DNA of 64,000 nucleotides, taken from the NCBI RefSeq assembly GCF_964194155.1, contig NC_135900.1, positions 44,330,001 to 44,394,000 on the forward strand, given 5' to 3'. This DNA comes from Cetorhinus maximus. Taxonomy: Eukaryota. Shown here in pieces: positions 51,786-64,000 of this stretch. A model generated the notes under the pieces. That model was not told the DNA's origin, ran no database searches, and saw nothing but the letters and a program-made list of their open reading frames with translations. How positions within the stretch are numbered: the stretch's first letter is position 1; every line of letters begins with the position of its first letter. The translations under genes were made by a program, and so were the position numbers.

Positions 51786-52559
51786 TAAGGAGGAGGCAAC
51801 ACATTGCAGACAGTTTGGTTATTTAGTTGAATCGGTTAAATACTCTTAAGATAGCTTGGATCAGTTATACTCTAAATTGGCCAGAGCTTGCTGTTGAGTG
51901 ACAGTGCACATGGTTGTACCAGAATGGTACAATATAAAAGTTTGCTTATTCACAGCTATTGGCCTGACATTTTACTAGTCTGCTGAAGAGATGAAGTGAA
52001 AGATAGGTGTCTCCTCACACAATGATGTAGAATTTGGCTTTATCTGATTGTGTAAATCAGGTTATAGTGAATGGGCAGCTTGTTTTATATCTCTCCCAAT
52101 TTTTCTTGAAGCCAATATCCAAATGCTGCTGACCCACTATCACCTATTTTATACAGCTGCTCAAAGAACTACCAAATTGAATGGAAGAGGGAAAACCTGA
52201 TGAACACCATCCTACTGCTGCTGTAGGTTCAGAGCTGGATCAGAGAATGTTCAGAATGGAGAACTTGCTACCACAAGGAGTAGTTGAGGTGACAGCATAG
52301 ATACATTTTAATGGAAGCTAGATTAACATATGAGGAAGGTAGGAATAGTAGGATATATTGTCAGGATAGGAGGAGGCTTGTGTGGAGCATAGACACTAAC
52401 ATGGACTTGTTGGCCAGAATGGTCTGTTTCTGTACTTCAAATACTATATATTAGTACCAGTTAAAAGGACCTAGAAAATCATTAGCGTCTTAGTCAGGGA
52501 ACAAAGAGAGCATTAGATTTAATTAGAACATCTTCAGCATTGGCCTTTCTTCCTGCCCA

Positions 52560-54410
52560 GGCCCATACTCTGAAGTCCCCAAAGGATCTATCCTTAGCCT
52601 TCTCCTATCCGCATGATACTCTGTGATCACATTATCCACAGATAGAAGGTCAGTTTCTACATGTATGCTCCACTGCTTTTGTGCCATCAGACTGAATGTT
52701 TGACATGCAGTTCAGGTGAGCTGCAATTTCCTCCAGTTAAACATTAGGAAAACCGAAGCCATTGTGTTTGGCCCTACCACAAGTCTCATACATCTGCCAT
52801 CGATTTCATTCCTCCTCTCTGACCACTCTTTTACAGTGAACCAGACTATTCATAACCTTGGCATCCTATTTGATCCTGAACTGCGTTTCCAACCCTATGT
52901 CGTTGTTATCACAAATAAAGCTGACTTCCACCTCCATAATATCGCCTGCCTCAACCCATCTGCTTTGCCCAATCCTTTGGTTTTCTGGACTTCACTATTC
53001 CAGTGCCCTCCTGGTCATCCTACCCTCTACTTTCCAAAATTCTGCTGCCCATAATCTGCACCAAATCCCATTCACCCATCAGTAAAATTATTAAGGAACT
53101 AAATTGGCTCCCAGTCCCACAACATCCGAGATTTAAAATTCTCATCTTTGTATTTAAATCCTTTCATGGCCTTGCCTCTCTCCATCTCTAATTCCCCTGA
53201 ATTTACCATTCCTCCAACCTTGGCCTCTTATGCTGTGCTGTTTCTCTCTGCCTTGCCATTGATAGCTATAATGGTCTCAGTAGAGACCAGTAACTTTTAT
53301 TACTTTTTTGTTTGGAAATCAGAAAAGCCAGGTATTTACTAAAAGAATGAAGCCACAGGGTTCATGGTTTAAAACAAAATAAATTTACTCCACAAAAATC
53401 AAAGAACATGAATATCAATAACTACACTCTATCTTAGATAGTTATTTAACAATAAAGATGTTACAAATACACTGAACACAGATACCTATACTCTTAAACC
53501 AAACTTCTTAATTCAACTTTCCTCCTACACCCATTTGACTCACACCCCCATAACTGAAGTCAGATCCTTATAAGAAATTGGAAGGTTAACCACTTTGAGT
53601 CCTTTGTCAAAGATTCGAACCAGGGTTAAGATTTCTTGGGCCTTACACTTACTTCTGGCAATCTTGTCCTTTTAAATCTCTTCCAACCGTCCCATTAATG
53701 TAAACTCCCTGTCCAACACAGGTGTCACTAGCATCTTAAGCGTAGCCACCTTGGGCCAAAACTCTCTTGGCTCTAATGTTCTTTAACTCTGAAGTCTTGT
53801 ATTTAAATCTCCCTCTCCCTTGTCTTTTTCAGAAGTTAAACTTACTATTAGAAGAGACCTTCAGTTAACAAGAGGTTTAAACTACTTTAGCCAGCATACA
53901 GAATTTCAACCAAACTCTGCTTGAAAGAGATATTTCCTTGCTGCAAGCAAAGCTCTAAACTAAAAACTAAAACCCTGCTCGAGACCAGGGCCACACCCAG
54001 AAACCTACTCACCCCTATAATTAACTTCTCATTGGCTTTTTGCTATACTATTATTTATTTTCCAGGCAACTTGGTCACATGATTACTGGAAGCAAGTTGC
54101 TTTTTACAAGAAATCTTAAAGGGATTATCACCCCAACATAATATGTAGGTTTTTGTGCCCCAAAAGCACATGGGCTATCACACTGTGCCTTCAACCACCT
54201 AGACCTCACCCAATAAAATTCTATCTCTCCTACCTCTGCTGCTTGATGAAAGACTCTCCTTAAAACCAAACTTATGGTCATCACCCCATCCCCTCCTACC
54301 AACCCAAATAACTCTCTGTCTGGGTCAGCATTCATTTTTATCTGATTACTCCTCTAAAGTGTGCCAAGATGTTTTTCCGCATTAAAAACAATTTAGAAAA
54401 GTAAGATGTT
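52560..54410 (+). mobile_element. L2 3' remnant interrupted by an LTR-like insert
   Basis: MSCNFLQLNIRKTEAIVFG (ORF 52716). The L2 tail resumes at about 54183. Confidence 0.7.
53267..54182 (-). mobile_element. Probable solo LTR (about 0.9 kb)
   Basis: Interrupts the L2. Termini TATAATGG...CTATCACA (TG..CA-like). CCAAT/TATA-like motifs near 54015-54035 on -. TSD not clearly resolved. Confidence 0.4.
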
Positions 54411-54483
54411 GTTGAGAAGAAGATTCTAATGCTATCCTTCAACATCACTGCTTTCAAAGTATTTGGTCTGGTTTTTTTTTTAG

Positions 54484-55347
54484 GTACCAAATGAGACTCT
54501 GACTTGTAATCATCCTGCGACCTCAACAAGGAACTCCGAGAAACCGTTGCTGATTCAGGCAATCCCTCCAGTTACTGACGTGAATGAAAATGCTGCAGCA
54601 GCAAAACTCTGCGAGCTGTCCAAGGATAGCAGTTCCAGGCGAAAACAGAGGCATGTTCTTCAGCCTGTTGAGGAGCCAGTTATCCTGTTCCCAGAAACCA
54701 ATGAGTCTGCAGCAGAGACCGGATTAGATTTGGGTTTTGTGTCTGACTTCCAGGAATCCAGAATCCTGGAGCAATGCTCAGATTTTGCCAGCACCACCAT
54801 AGATTATAACTTCAAAACACCCATTAAAGAGAAGCCCCGTGATCTGCCTGCCTCCTCCACCCCCAGCAAAGGCACCACTGGAAGCTCTCCAGTCACTGTA
54901 GCAAACAGCTGGAAGATTGCACTGACCCCTTTGAAAAAAGATGACAGCCTGTTTGAGTTCAGTCCTGTGAGGACGCCATGTGGTTCCTTTCTAACACCCT
55001 TGCGTAATAACCCAGGATACCTGAGTTTTAGTAGTACACCATTTAAGGACTTTGCTCTCTTCGAGTCACCACGTGAGCTCTTGAACTCCCCAGTTAAGGA
55101 TCTTGTGCCTGACACAAGCTCCTCCCCTCTTTCAGAGGACAATTCCAGAAGGTGTTCCCGAGAACTGCAGGTAAATGCAAACTGTAATACCAAAGCAAAC
55201 AGGTCTTTGACTGAAGGCTTGGTCTTGGACACCCTCAATGACAGCCTTAGTAAAATATTACTGGACATTAGCTTCACCGGCCTGGAGGATGAGGACTATG
55301 AACTCGGGAATATGAGCTGGTCAACACTAATCCCAGAACTGAGATAG
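54484..55347 (+). CDS. FOXM1: FOXM1 last coding exon (transactivation domain)
   Basis: Acceptor (t)n tag|GTA in frame. SSRRKQR, FKTPIKE, ASSTPSK, FSPVRTP, ANRSLTEGLVLDTLNDSLSKILLDISF..MSWSTLIPELR*. Confidence 0.96.
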   Translation, partial: VPNETLTCNHPATSTRNSEKPLLIQAIPPVTDVNENAAAAKLCELSKDSSSRRKQRHVLQPVEEPVILFPETNESAAETGLDLGFVSDFQESRILEQCSDFASTTIDYNFKTPIKEKPRDLPASSTPSKGTTGSSPVTVANSWKIALTPLKKDDSLFEFSPVRTPCGSFLTPLRNNPGYLSFSSTPFKDFALFESPRELLNSPVKDLVPDTSSSPLSEDNSRRCSRELQVNANCNTKANRSLTEGLVLDTLNDSLSKILLDISFTGLEDEDYELGNMSWSTLIPELR

Positions 55348-56914
55348 ATCAGGTTGTGGAGGGGGTAGTCTTGCTGCTTAAGTTATTTTTTTTCTTGGTG
55401 TTAGAACCATTTCAAGTTCAAGCTGGTGCAACAGTTGAGGCAGAATTAGAAAAATCTGGACTAAACCCTTGGACATAATTTCAGGTTGTTTTTGAAGTTA
55501 TCAGTTCCTAGTGTCTGTATCTGTAGGTACTTAGTTCCTCACCCACCTGGACTTTGCTTACTGTAACTAGATTAATCACTATTCATTGTTATCTAAGTAC
55601 AATCTTTTGCAGGTATCTGTGAGTCTGCCATACATTGTAATTATTTGCTGTGTGTGTCTGTGTGCGTGCGCGCTATGTTTGATGCTGCTTTGCCTTCCTG
55701 GACACAGGACGTTAGGCCACAATTAAAAGGCCTTGAGACCTCCCAGCACTGCATTTCTGACGATTTTCATCAGATTCCTTGATTCTGACTGTAGATTTTC
55801 TTAATTCTTGGTGTCTTCTCAGGGGATAACAGAAACTTTTGTATATTGTGCTTGTAAATATATTTTTAAAAATATAAAGAAAAAAATATGAAGAGTAATG
55901 GAAGCATTGTAATGCATAGGGAGGGAAGTGGGAAATGACTTTCTTGGTTTCAGTGAATGTCTGACCTTAACTGAAGTTTGTTGTCTAGTTAATAAGATTT
56001 GAAATAATGCAGGCAAGTCATAGTTGATCAGTATCAGTGTAAATTGTCTGTCTTTGATGTACCTCAGAGATTGACATTAATAGTTTCACTGTCTCCTGTA
56101 GCAGGCAGCATTCAATTCCAGCCCCCAGAGTTTTTACAACATTAACAGAAAATGCTATAAATTAATGATTTGGGTGTAGAACAGCCAAAGCTGGTGCGTT
56201 TTTCCAGGTTTTCTATATCAGATTTCTAATTTTTTGCAGTTTGTTTTCTCTTCATATTCTCCAATTTTCAGGAGGAAAGCAAAGTTGTGTGTCTGTATCA
56301 GCTTTCCATTTTTGACTAACAAATATCTACTCACTAGACCAAGCCCATCTCTTCCTGACCAGTAAAACCAAGTTGCTCTGTGCACTGCTACGTAGCATGC
56401 CAATGACCTTGTTACAATATTTGAAAGCACTGGCTCAAATGTGCAACTTTTGGGTTTAGCGTTTTAAATGTATGATGTATTTCAGATTAAACGTGGTATT
56501 GGTACTGAATGTAAACAGTACCTTCCTATGAAATATTTCAACAACGCCAGTAGCAGAATACTGTGATGTAGCACTATACAATAGCAACTAGAAATAGTCT
56601 TTGAGATGTGGACTGGTATCTACATTATACTGAGGATTTGAGCTCACTGAGAGCCTTGGCCTGCAACCTCATGCTTCCAAACCACCTGTCCTTGGCCAAT
56701 AGGAAAATTTTCTATCTTAGATAAGGCACTTCACTGTTCGAAAACCAGCATCTCTCTCACCCACCATCTCTCAGCCTGTGCCGGGGATCCAGCCCTGCTA
56801 CAAGAGGAACAGTAGATGGTTTATATCACATAAACTAGTTTCGTGGTTTGGCACCCTGAAACTGGAATGCAGCTGTTTAGGACATACCAAAGGCACTACC
56901 CTCATCAGCTACTT

Positions 56915-57340
56915 TCTGTTTGGTTAGCAAAACCTATCAATCTCAGATTTAAAATCAATAATTGATCCAGCATCGATTGCCATTTGAAGAACAGATTTCC
57001 AAATTTCTACTACTGTTTCTTTTTCCTAATTTCACTTCTGAAAAGTCTGTCTCTAATTTTTAGACTATGCCCCCTGTCCTAGAACCTGCCACCCACTCCC
57101 TCCAACCAGCAAAAATAGTTTATCTCTGTCAATCTTACCTGCTCCCTCATTATCTTGAAATCACCCTTAATCTTCTGAAGGGAATATAACCCTAACTTGT
57201 GCAATCTCTCCTTGTAATTTAACCTTTGGAGTTCAGTATCAATCTGGTAAATTTATGTTGCACGCCCTCCAAGTCTATTGTATCATTCCTAATGTGTGAT
57301 GGTCAGAACTTCTCACAATGCTCTGAACTGTGGTGCAATT
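56915..57340 (-). mobile_element. Degraded CR1 fragment
   Basis: Reverse CR1 3' ORF2 sequence (GGAATATAACCCTAACTTGTGCAATCTCTCCTTGTAA). Confidence 0.6.
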
Positions 57341-57679
57341 AGAGCTTTATATAGCTGAGGCATCCTATATTCTAGTACATTTTTTTATCCCTCTCATTTC
57401 CTTTTCAAGTCTTCTCTGCAGTTTTTGCATTCAGCTTGATTATTGTTTTATGAACCTGATGCTTATTATAAGCCTCCTCTCTCAGTTACATTTTCATCAC
57501 AATTTCTTTAGTCACTGTTTTGGATGCCCTTCCTTTCTCCCTCAGGGGAATGTGTCTTGCCTGTACCATCTCCTTGAATGCATTCCATTGCTCATTTACT
57601 GTTTTACCTCCCAATATTTGATTCCAGTCACCTGAGCCAGCTCACTGAAACTAGTCCCCTTTGAGTTGAGTATCCACTT

Positions 57680-58342
57680 AATGCAAAAGCAAAATACTGT
57701 AAATGCTGTAAATTGGAAATGAGAACAGAAAATGCTGGAAATACTCAGCAGGTCTGGCAGCATCTGTGGAGAGAGGAAGAGATCTAATGGGCAGGATTTT
57801 ACCAATATTGTTGAGGTTCTGACATCGGCCTGAAATGCATATCAGTAACATGCACAAGCAGCTCCCTCCTGATTTGATGGACGGCAGCTCCATTAGGTAG
57901 CTGCTGCCAGCCCAATCAGAGAGATGATGGTTCAGAGGCACCACCAGGAACAGTGGCCACTGTGGAGGCCCTGCAGTATTGAAGAGGTACGCCCCAAAAA
58001 AATCAAAAATAAATGTTCAAGTTTAGGGAAGCCCCTCCAAGGAAGTCATGGGGGCTGCCTTCCCTGCCCACACCCCCCCCCCCTTTAAGATTTTAAACCA
58101 ATCCCCACCAGGCTGCTGCTGGGAAGCCACCTACAATTAGCTTGCAGATTCCCAACACGGTGGGAAGCTGATGGCCTGGCGAATTGGCCCTTACATATTC
58201 AAGTTGGTTTCCTGCCTCCTTGTGGCAGAAAACGATTCATCAGAGCTCCCTGCGATTTTACCAGCTCCCCTTTTTTTTTCTGCTTCATGCAGGCCAGCAA
58301 AACTCTTCCTAACATTTCAGGTCAAGAATCTTTCTTCAGCTT
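57680..58342 (-). mobile_element. Penelope-tail repeat split by a 0.5-kb GC-rich MITE-like insert (about 57788-58308)
   Basis: CTCAGCAGGTCTGGCAGCATC matches the reverse complement of 14705-14725. The motif resumes near 58310 as reverse-complement CTGAAGA..GACCTGAAATGTTA. Confidence 0.55.
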
Positions 58343-60365
58343 CTCCTGTACACATTTTAGGAATTATTCCCCTTCCTTGGCCGTTACACTGATCTTTTTT
58401 CCTAATCTATATTAGGAAATTGAAGTTCCCAACCATCACTATTCTTATCTTCTCTGAAATTTGCTGCAGATTTGCTCCTCGATCTCTTTCCCACTATTTG
58501 GTGTTCTACAATAGACACCCAGCTCCTCGTCTCCTTAACTCTAACCAAATAAATTCTGTTATTAAACCCTCTAGCACATATCCCTTTCTAGGGCTTTAAC
58601 AGTATCTATTATTAATATTGTTTCCACCCTCCCATATTTTTCCCTTTCCCTATCCCTCATGAATACAATGTAGCTAGAATGTGAAGTTCCCCTTCATGTT
58701 CTAAATTGAGGGCGGCCTCCATTGTCTCACATCACATCCCTATCTGAACACTTCTGTACGCAGCTCACCAACCTTATTTCTCACGCTGTGTATTTATGGA
58801 CGTCACTATAATCCTGCCTTAGTCTGCTTTGCATTTGTCTCCTATTTGATTCCTCCTTTTTTGGATTACACTTTATTCTAATGCTGTTTGTCTCTCCCAG
58901 TCCTCTATGCACCTTGTTTTTTCTTTGATGCTTCAACCTGGTTCCCCTCTTCCTGTCCTCTTAAACCCTCCCCCACAACACAAGTTAACTTTCCTGCGAG
59001 GGCATTGATCCTGGCCCTGATCAGATGTAACTTGTCCAATTTGTGCAAGTTCCTCCTGTCCCAGAACTGGTCCCAGTGCCCAAGGAATCTGAAGACCCCC
59101 CACCCTCACACCATTTCACAGCAACCCTATCTTGCTTTTCCTATACTCACTACTGCATAGCATTGGTCTTGCTTCTTTCTCTCTTAAAAACTCTTATCTG
59201 TAAATCTGCAATACCGTTCTGGTTATTTTCTAATCTGATTCTTTAAAGCAAGGTCTGTGGAGTGATATTTATCCTTATTTGATTGGAATATCTCAAATAG
59301 GGCTATTGGAGCAAATCTTTTTTTCAAAAGCCTTTCCACCCATCCCCTTCCATTCCTTGGTTTAAATATCAGGCCAGGTATCCTGCTCTTAGGTGTCTCT
59401 TGTTGCTGCTCAATTATATGCTGCTTAATGGTGGACAAGAGGTTTTCACTTAGGTTCCTTCTTCCTGAGGAAACATTAGGCTGTGCATCAAGAGGCAGCT
59501 TGAAATCCCAGGGAATAATGGTTCTCCCTGCACAGTCGGTAGTGGGAGTGTTCACTGAAGATTGAACTAGCTGAGCCTCCGTGTATTTTCCAGTGTTCAA
59601 CCCTGTGAAAACGTTTTTCTCAGAAATGGGCACATGCAGAAGTTTCTGTGCAGCAGAGACAAGGAATCTGCTGTGCAATCAAGCAATGGACTGCACTGTA
59701 TTTTTAAAATGCTTAACCAGACAACTGGTTAAAGGGAACCTTTAGCTTATTGCCAAAGTGATTCCGTTAAAATGATACTAGTAGAAATAATTCATTGACA
59801 GGACAGTTTATAAGCTTTGCATTTTTTTCTTCTCATTCCACATGTCGTGCTGTTTGGAGCCTCCATCAATGCAGCGATTTGGCATTTTTTTTTTGGTCTT
59901 TGTGGTGTGATCAAGATAGTGAAATCAGGATCAAAACCACTTTCAATTGTGTTTATTGGTTGCATTGACTGATTGACAAGACTATTGGCTGCCTCCTTGC
60001 TTCCCACTGCTGCCATACATCATAAACCACATGAATTGATCCTCTGTGCTTATCCAATAGAAATTGTGTATTTGAAGGGCATTGTTGACTGTGTGTTTTT
60101 TAAGAGTTGTGAAGAGCTCCTGCTTTACATCCCAACAAGTGACCTATCAGTGTACTACTGAAACTCCTTTCTGAGTCCATGCAGACCTGACCTTGCAAAA
60201 GCTATATGTTTGGCAGTTAAACATCCCCACAGCTGAGTCAATAGATCATGCAACAGCAACAATAGTTGTAAATTATGAACAATAGTTTTTTTTCAAGCTT
60301 GCAGTATATGTAAATATTTCATATTAGCCTACATGTAAATGCTCCAGATTCTTTTAATGCACCTT

Positions 60366-60371
60366 AATAAA
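60366..60371 (+). terminator. Possible distal FOXM1 polyadenylation signal
   Basis: AATAAA followed by GU-rich sequence. Further AATAAA near 60498 and ATTAAA near 55722; which one is used is unknown. Confidence 0.3.
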
Positions 60372-61994
60372 AAGTACATAATCTGTGCCTCAGACATGTA
60401 ATATAAGCAGCTCATTGTTTTACTGTGTGTACTGACCCAGAAGTGGTACACTGCCTGCTCTAATTGGTAAAACGGCTGCTGTACGTGATGGAATGTCAAT
60501 AAAAAAAAAACTTTACCTGAATTGTAGCAATGAGTTGGTATGTTCTGTAGCTATACTATACTGTGCATTTTTCATATCATGCATGTATTTGTTATTTTCA
60601 TTCTCCATTATATGGTTGCTATCTGTAGTGAGGATTTCGCCTCTGTCACCCAGAATAATATAGTCTTATAAACTAACAGACCCACAAAACATTTGTGGTG
60701 AAATTAGTAACTTTATTGCAACAGTACTACTTTAAATACAAGATTTCTGGGGTTTTTTTCACCAAAGACTTTACCTCCCATCAATCCCATTCCTCATGGA
60801 AATAATTTCACCAGCTAAGGTTAGCATATGACTATAAAATTTCAAATAAACATTTGTCAGTGGGATTTTGACATAGCCTGACATTGGACATGTAGAAGTT
60901 TATTCACTTGAATAGTGAGAGCCAGTAGTACAATTGTAGATTTTGTCTTTCCCAATGTGGTTTACGTCTGGAGGAACTGTGGTGAAGGATGGGTGATTGT
61001 AGGTCTATCATTGTTGTGAGAATAATTTAAAGTGGTGTAACACTGAAATACAGCTTTGAAGCATTTTGGGTACTGTGCACTAAAGGCAAGATTGCTTTGA
61101 TCCCAGTTTGGTCTAGAGATAATACATCCCCAGATTCCAATTATATCCCTGTGTGCATAACAGAATACTATTACATATCTCATGTTACACCCTTAACTTC
61201 TGTTTTGTTGCCATCGCCGCCACCAACCATTGGCAGCCACAAGTGCCTGACGCACTGCAGCCCTCTCTGCGTGTTTCACATGGCTCTGCGTATGCCAGGC
61301 TTCATCCCCGCGCCCCCCTCCCAACCCCCATCAACGTATTGACCAATCAAAACATTCCAGACAGACAAAAGCTGAATATTATTATTTTAGATAGAAAAAA
61401 CTGTACAAAGTTTGAAATAAATACAAACTGCTAATATATAGCAGGTCTGTCTATTTATGAGCAGAGAAAGGGCAGATTAAGCTTTTGAACCTTCTATTGG
61501 AACTGGAAAGTTAATGGAGCTGACCTATATAAAGGGGGAGGGAGAAAGTAATTGGTACAATTCAAGTGTTAGGAATTTACTACAATAACAAAGCTGTGAA
61601 TGGGTTAAATGGCCAGCAAATGGGTTTTTCAATGCTGGAATTAAGTGAAAATAACTCATTTATATAGTATGTTTAATGTAAAATATACCCCAAAGTCCAA
61701 GATAGATGTATGGAAATTAGATGCTGATTCCATAGATTCAAGTTTATAGTGGCCAATTCTTGCCAGTTCTAATGTCAAGAAATCAGTCCTTTTAAAAAAA
61801 AAATGGATTTGGCCTCTGTAGCCTAGCCTCTCTCTATCTCTGTAAACTCTAGCCTGACGATCCATGTGGCGCATAAATGCCAACATGGACCAGTTGGGCT
61901 GAATGGCCTGTTTTCTTTCTAAAGACTCATTACAACCCTTTAACACAAACCTCTTGTGCATCCCACATGTACTTAGCCACATCATTAGAGGTTG

Positions 61995-62212
61995 TATCTT
62001 CAGCTAAGGTCTGGAATTCTCTCCCTAAACCCCCCCTGCCTCTACATCTTTCTTCCTTTAAAGTCCTTAAAACTTATCTCTTTGATCAAGATTTTAGTCA
62101 TCCATCCTAATACAGTATTTCCTTCTTTGGCTCGGTGTAAATTTTTGTCTGATTACACCCTGTGAGGCGCCTTAGGACATTTTATAACATTAATGGTGCT
62201 ATATAAATGAAG
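61995..62212 (+). mobile_element. L2 3' tail
   Basis: CTGGAATTCTCTCCCTAAACC...GTGAGGCGCCTTAGG..GCTATATAAATG. Confidence 0.7.
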
Positions 62213-62629
62213 CTGGTCCCTGGATAATGCAGGTATACCAGATAATGTAGTTCAAAGAGCACGTAATGCATTTATGGAGGTGGTCTTTAACATTGACTAA
62301 TGAGATAAAGTAAAACCATGAAATGAAACAATCGAAATTTGGCAAACACCAAAGGGCAATATTTTTGTCAGATGGTCATCCAAGCAAGGTTTGAGGCATC
62401 CCAAATTGGGCTTCCCTCCTAAATTACATAAGTACGAATATATATGAGAGATACCCAAATGATGAAGAAAATAAGATTACTTACCTTGTAAGTTCTTTGT
62501 CATAATTTGCATGATAGAAGCTTCCACACAACATAATCTCTGCTAACCATAACCTTAGGTCCTCCTGGGCTTTTTATTGTTGTTTATGGTTGAGGAGTTT
62601 TGAAGGCAGTCCTTTGCAGAACAGTAAAA

Positions 62630-62925
62630 AAAATATTTGTTCTTGGGATGTGAGGCCAACATTTGTTGCCCATCCCTAATACCCTGAGAAGGTGGTGTTG
62701 AGCTGCCTTATTAAAAACCGCTGCACCCACAGTGCTGTGAAGGAGGGTGTTCCAGGATTTTGACTCAGCAACAGTGAAAGAATAGCAATATAGTTCCAAG
62801 TCAGGATGGTGTGTGGCTTGGCAGGTACTTGCAGGTGGTGTTGCAGGGGTAGGTCCTCATGCATCTGCTATCCTTGCACTTCTATGTGGTAGAGGTCATG
62901 GGTTTGGAAGGTGCTAATAAAGGAG
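62630..62925 (-). mobile_element. CR1-like LINE 3' tail fragment
   Basis: Same tail family as 338-657. Confidence 0.8.
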
Positions 62926-63303
62926 GCAAGCCCCCAGGCTGTTCGCTTCTGGTTGGAAGCAACCAGATGTGACCTGCTCCAGGGACAGTGGTAGGTGGGG
63001 AGCTTGACTGGAGCAGTACACTCTTGTCGCATTGTAATGAAGGTGTCCTAATGTAAGCTCAGGGAGAACAGAAACTGCCTGTGGGGCAGAAGGGCAAAAG
63101 CTCGCTTGATCTTGATTTTTTGGTATGAATGCAGACTGTAAAAGTAGGGTTTCACAATCCTTCTGATCTTTTTGGGTTTTAAACAAGAGGCGACAGAAAA
63201 GTTACTGCAAGGATAACTGGCTTGTGGCAGGCAAGCTTTCATAGCAACATCGCTTTCTGACCCTACAATGTAGGCTCTTCCTATCATTGTGAAGCAGGAT
63301 TCA
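62923..63303 (+). pseudogene. 28S rRNA pseudogene fragment (domain V, peptidyl-transferase region)
   Basis: GCAGAAGGGCAAAAGCTCGCTTGATCTTGATTTT, CAGAAAAGTTAC..GGATAACTGGCTTGTGGC and GGCTCTTCCTATCATTGTGAAGCAG match eukaryotic LSU rRNA, with many CpG-to-TpG/CpA changes. Confidence 0.92.
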
Positions 63304-64000
63304 GAAGAAAAAGTAAGTTACGAAGTAGATTCTGGATCTTTATAACTAACAAAAGCAGTAACAAATCCTGTGATATCAGGAAAAAATAAACTCAATTTCC
63401 CAGAAGCAATCAATATTGAATTGGCAGGATACATTATTCAGCCCTAAATCAGATTGTAGAACAGCAGGAACAGCATGCAAGGGTTTCCTGGCCTGACCTG
63501 GATTTTCTTCCAACCACGTCTGTTTGAACTTCCACTCCCCTGCCTGCCACATGTAAATGACATTGAGGAGTGAGGAAGGGCCTAGCATCCTAGTTCACTT
63601 TCCTTCATTCTGTCAACCTTTCTCATCACTATACCACAAGCTGTCTTGCGAAACATAGGTTGGCAACAGCAATGATCCTGTTGGCTTCTAATGCAGGGAG
63701 AAGGCTTGGTACTAGCCTCTACTCCCTTTATTTTGGCCCGAGGCCTTTCCTAATGCCTTGGCTTTGCCGAGGCCTAACAACATTTTTGCCTTGTACACTT
63801 CAGAGTCCCTCTACCCCTTTATGGATCCATCAGGTTCTTCTAATGTGGGGTTCTGGCACTTGGGTTCCTTCTTACTTCTGGTTATCATGCCAGGACCTAC
63901 CCTGCCTGGAAAGTGGGTCAGTTTAGCATTGGGATTGGGACAAGCTAAAGTCCTGCCACCCTGTAAAGAAGAGGAAAATCCAGGCCAAGTATTGACAATG

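Noticed and set aside
54804-55277. 157-aa antisense ORF
   Set aside because: Shadow of the FOXM1 last exon
62485-62612. Minus-strand exon-like segment with donor AAG|gtaagt
   Set aside because: Stops in all three frames from the apparent acceptor, and no recognisable homology
62923-63303. Functional rRNA gene
   Set aside because: A short isolated fragment with heavy CpG decay and no flanking rDNA

Overview
Vertebrate genomic DNA, most likely a cartilaginous fish (shark), judged from the repeat families and protein divergence. The window holds the conserved TULP3-RHNO1-FOXM1 block. FOXM1 is complete on + (a non-coding exon 1 plus 7 coding exons, about 734 aa, with candidate cassette exons). 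RHNO1 is complete on - (about 354 aa) and shares a CCAAT/CHR bidirectional promoter with FOXM1. A probable first coding exon of TULP3 lies on - with RFX sites. The rest is dense with decayed CR1-, L2-, Tx1- and Penelope-type retroelements, a tRNA/Deu-type SINE, a hAT MITE and a probable solo LTR. Unusual items: a hammerhead-ribozyme-like Penelope insert with a 12-bp TSD; an apparently ORF1-less LINE with a tRNA-like Pol III head; twin-priming-type inverted CR1 insertions; histone H3 and 28S rRNA pseudogenes fused to LINE 3' ends; a GC-rich minisatellite and uORFs in the FOXM1 leader; and an orphan antisense ORF. All calls come from reading the sequence by eye. No searches were run, and repeat boundaries are approximate.
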